A DNA stretch of 64,000 nucleotides, taken from contig JBHGNT010000003.1 in assembly GCA_043228905.1 (NCBI GenBank), positions 248,001-312,000 on the forward strand, read 5' to 3'. The translations under genes were made by a program, and so were the position numbers. This DNA comes from Azolla caroliniana. Lineage: Eukaryota > Plantae > Polypodiophyta. Below are positions 60,766 through 64,000 of this stretch, piece by piece (the first letter of the stretch is position 1; each line of letters opens with the position of its first letter). The notes under the pieces are model-generated. The model was given only the letters and a program-made list of their open reading frames with translations. It was not told the origin of the DNA and ran no database searches.

Positions 60766-63700
60766 TTACATAGCAATCAATTCATCAACGTCATTTTCTT
60801 CATCATCTTGTGTAGAACTCTCTTCGGCTATACGTGCATTGGTTTCCCCTGTTAGCCGAGCCAACGAAATATCTTCTATAAGCTCATTATCAAGTTCTAT
60901 TAGCTCCCCCGGTTCGCCAGCTAACGGAGGAATAGGCTCTTGCGAAGCAGGTTGAAACCTTTCTGTATTAGCGATGTTCTTTGCACCGACCTCCTCATCC
61001 TGGTTTGGGCACTCCCACAAAGCCTTAATCTGCATATTAATAAATATAAGTTGGTCCTCGTCCTTCTCCAATGCAATTGTATTTCTAAAAAGCTTCAATG
61101 CACATGCAGACGTCGTTCCTGTGATGTAAGTAACAAGAAGATTTAGTTGTCAAACGAAAAAAAAAGGGATTGGTTATCTCAAGATCGTTACCCTAGTTCG
61201 AGGAATACCTGTGCCAGAAAAGAGATCTAATATCCAATCTCCTTCGATAGAAAACATCTCGATCAAGCGCATCATAAGTCGTTGAGGTTTTTGGTATGGG
61301 TTGACAAGTCCCCGTTCTGTCGTGGTGACATGTCGCAATTTCCGTGTCACTGCTGGATATACCAACAGATTTGAACCTCCCACTTCATTAGAATGCTCCT
61401 TGATTCTCTGTTTCTTAATTTCATCGAAGTAGCCAACCGTGATGTATTCAATGTCATTAACGAACTGAAAAGTTGGCCCTCTATTTACATTGGTCTTGAT
61501 CCTATAAAAAATAATACATCGAGTTAAGAATAGATTGAACAACCTTAAGAAATGAAATATAGTGAAAGACACCTATAAATAATCCTTACCATGCAAGGTT
61601 CTCGATGCCATGGCAACGAGATCTCAAAGCTTGAGCTACCGAGTACCCTTGGTCCATACTATGAAAGACAACTATTCGCCACAAGGTTGCAGTCGTTAGC
61701 TCAGCGAAATCCTTGACCATCTTCTCCAATTGTTTAAACCTAAATGGTTCATCGTCGTATGATGACCCAGCCATTCGAAATCCGTAAGGAATATCCACAA
61801 TCATTAGCGTATATTCCTTCTTTGGCACCTTTTGGATCAAGTCGACGACATCACCGCAAACCACATTGTAGTAAAGATCTCTTGTAATATCTTTTTTGTG
61901 GCTAAATTTTTTAAAGGAGCCATATTCCTCCATTTCGTACGCCTTGACTAAGCGACGATCCTTTTCTTTTCTGGCTCGCTCGAGATGTGCAAGGAAGGAT
62001 GTAGGGAAATCATGTATATCCTTAACTTCTCCTTGTTTCTTGCCTCGACACGGTTTCTAATAGAAGCAATAGGACATCAGGTATTATTATACAAGCTCTA
62101 CATATGATGAAAGGGTAATGAAAAACCATCAATACTAACCCAATCCTTGAATGCAATAAAATACTCTGATAACGCCTTATATGAAGACGTTAGAGGATAA
62201 TCCTCGGTCACTTGTTCCCAAGTTATACATCCAAGTTGTTTCATCATAACTTCTTGGATCTTCATGTACACCTTATGACTGTAAAATTAGAAATCAAGAT
62301 TAGAACTTTGAATTACACCAGATAGACTACAATTTCAGTATTTGAAAGACTTACTTATTGAACTCAGTGACCATTTCTTCAAGGCTTAAATCTTTCGCCA
62401 CAACCCTTGACAAAACAGACACAAGAAGCTGCTCGTCCTTAATACCTTGCATCGCTCTCCACAGAGACAGCTTCATGTCGTCTGCCACTTCTTCAATTGT
62501 CAAGTCAATTTTCTTGGCGGCTTGTGACTTTAACTCTAGTTGAGGGTCAACCTTACATTTCTTTTGTCGTTGATCCTTTACCTCCTTATTCTCCCACATT
62601 GAGAAGATTTCATCTTGTAGGTCCCATACTTCTCCATCTCTAAATGCCAATTGAAACCAAGACTCATATTTTTGAAGACCATCGGACTTAACATTATCAT
62701 CTGCCACAATGCCGACTTCATGCAGACATTGACGTCGTAGGCCTGGATGTAACTTCACACCAAACTTTTGTTTCACGTCTAAATACTCGTGGTGGAAGAA
62801 CCGTATACGCTCAATGGACGACATTTTCTGCCTATAGTCATTATCATTATTATGGTCCCATGCCAACAGCTTAGCCTCCTTGGTTGTGAGCCCAACATAA
62901 ATTTTGCACTCGGCATACTTGAAGAAGAAAGTCGTTGGATGTTCTCTCACAAGTTGCCGACGTGCCTCTGCTGAATGCGATCCACCAATGAAAAAATAAT
63001 TATATTGATCATGCTTTCTAATATCAAAATCTTCAATGGTTTCACATTCTTCAGGATCTACCATAACAATAAATGGCACCACAGTGGCATGAGGATTAAT
63101 TTTCATTTTTTTCTTGAGATTTTGAACATGCATGCGGTGTGGCTCTCTAATCTCAAGTGGTCGTCGACCTGTTTTTTCATCAATAGGGGGCCGATGGATG
63201 TGTGTTATAGGCAAATTAAACATTTGCCCTTTCCTGACCAGTTTACGTTGCATTAACTCTCTCCTTATCTTATTCTGCTCGGATGACAAAACACCCGATG
63301 CCAGCTCAGCTCTTGGCGTCCCCTTATTATCCTCCTCTTCGTTTTCACTTGTTGAATCGGTGTCCTACATTTTGGTTGTCTTCTTCTTTGGTGGTCTTGA
63401 CTGGACTTTGGATACCCTTTTTGTGGCCTTCAATGGGGAGGGCACTTCATCTCTTAGAGTTACATGGCCTTGTATATAAGGCCTCAAGGTAACAATAAGG
63501 TTTTGTGAGCTTTCAAGATCTTTTTTGAACGCTTCTGGCCCACAAGATTCCTTTACTAAAAGGTCTTCTGAAAGGAACACTTTACGTACCCCCTTGGAGC
63601 ACTCTATCATTACCAGTATGTTGGCCGAATCTGCATCTTCGTAGTCAAATCGTAGAATACGGCCATACATAAATGGGGTTTCCTTTCCAAGCTGCCCCTC

Positions 63701-64000
63701 CCCCTTCTTCTTTGCTGTATACAATACGACTTTTTTCTTTGAGTCGACATATTGCATACACCATTCCTTGTCCGTTAGATCACGGTCAGGAAGGTCTTCA
63801 CCTCTAGTAGCGGCGACAAGTTTCTTTTGGCTAACATCAATATGTGGCTGAGATTTTGTCTCCTCGTTGAAGAGAAGCTTTTTTCCTCTCTTCATGGTCT
63901 CAGGAGCTACCTTGGTCTGGGCTTCGATTGGAGAACCCTGTATGCGAAGCTTTATTTTCTTCACGGGTCGGTCTGACAGGTTCTCAAACGACCTATTTAA
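60766..64000 (-). pseudogene. Spliced ParB/Srx-like domain + beta-class N6A/N4C DNA methyltransferase fusion gene with one in-frame TAG; exons >64000-62355, 62278-62140, 62056-61590, 61501-61209, 61118-60766
   Basis: Four GT-AG introns (76, 83, 88, 90 nt) with matching phases give a 2898-nt frame. Motifs YFFIGGSH (ParB-like), VVCGD, MIVDIPYG, W.K, PYQKP..LM.RLI..FS.EGD.ILDLFSGTGTT..A.KL.RN.IALE. TAG at 63367-63365. Confidence 0.85.

Noticed and set aside
60766-64000. Bacterial contamination as the source of the MTase
   Set aside because: Four phase-consistent spliceosomal introns and contiguity with plant retroelements argue against it.

Overview
Eukaryotic, land-plant genomic DNA; probably a seed-free plant such as a fern (inference from the TE families and microsatellite load). 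The left third holds four minus-strand host genes: a multi-exon ABI/ABIL (SCAR/WAVE complex) gene running off the left edge, an LLM-domain B-GATA, an intronless class I TCP and an intronless DREB-type AP2/ERF. The rest is a heavily nested transposon pile: two young, intact Tnt1/Tork-like Ty1/copia elements and a decayed third, a non-chromovirus Ty3/gypsy with a tRNA-Trp-like PBS, solo LTRs, microsatellite-associated RTE-like LINEs, two L1 LINEs (one 5'-inverted), a MITE and tRNA-derived SINE-like heads. The standout is at the right edge (60766 to >64000, minus). Five ORF-track fragments plus a short exon the track misses splice through four short GT-AG introns into one frame of at least 965 codons. 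It encodes a ParB/Srx-like domain fused to a bacterial/phage-type beta-class N6-adenine/N4-cytosine DNA methyltransferase (DIPY ... QKP ... DLFSGTGTT), with one in-frame TAG in this copy. All calls come from manual reading and translation; no database searches were run.
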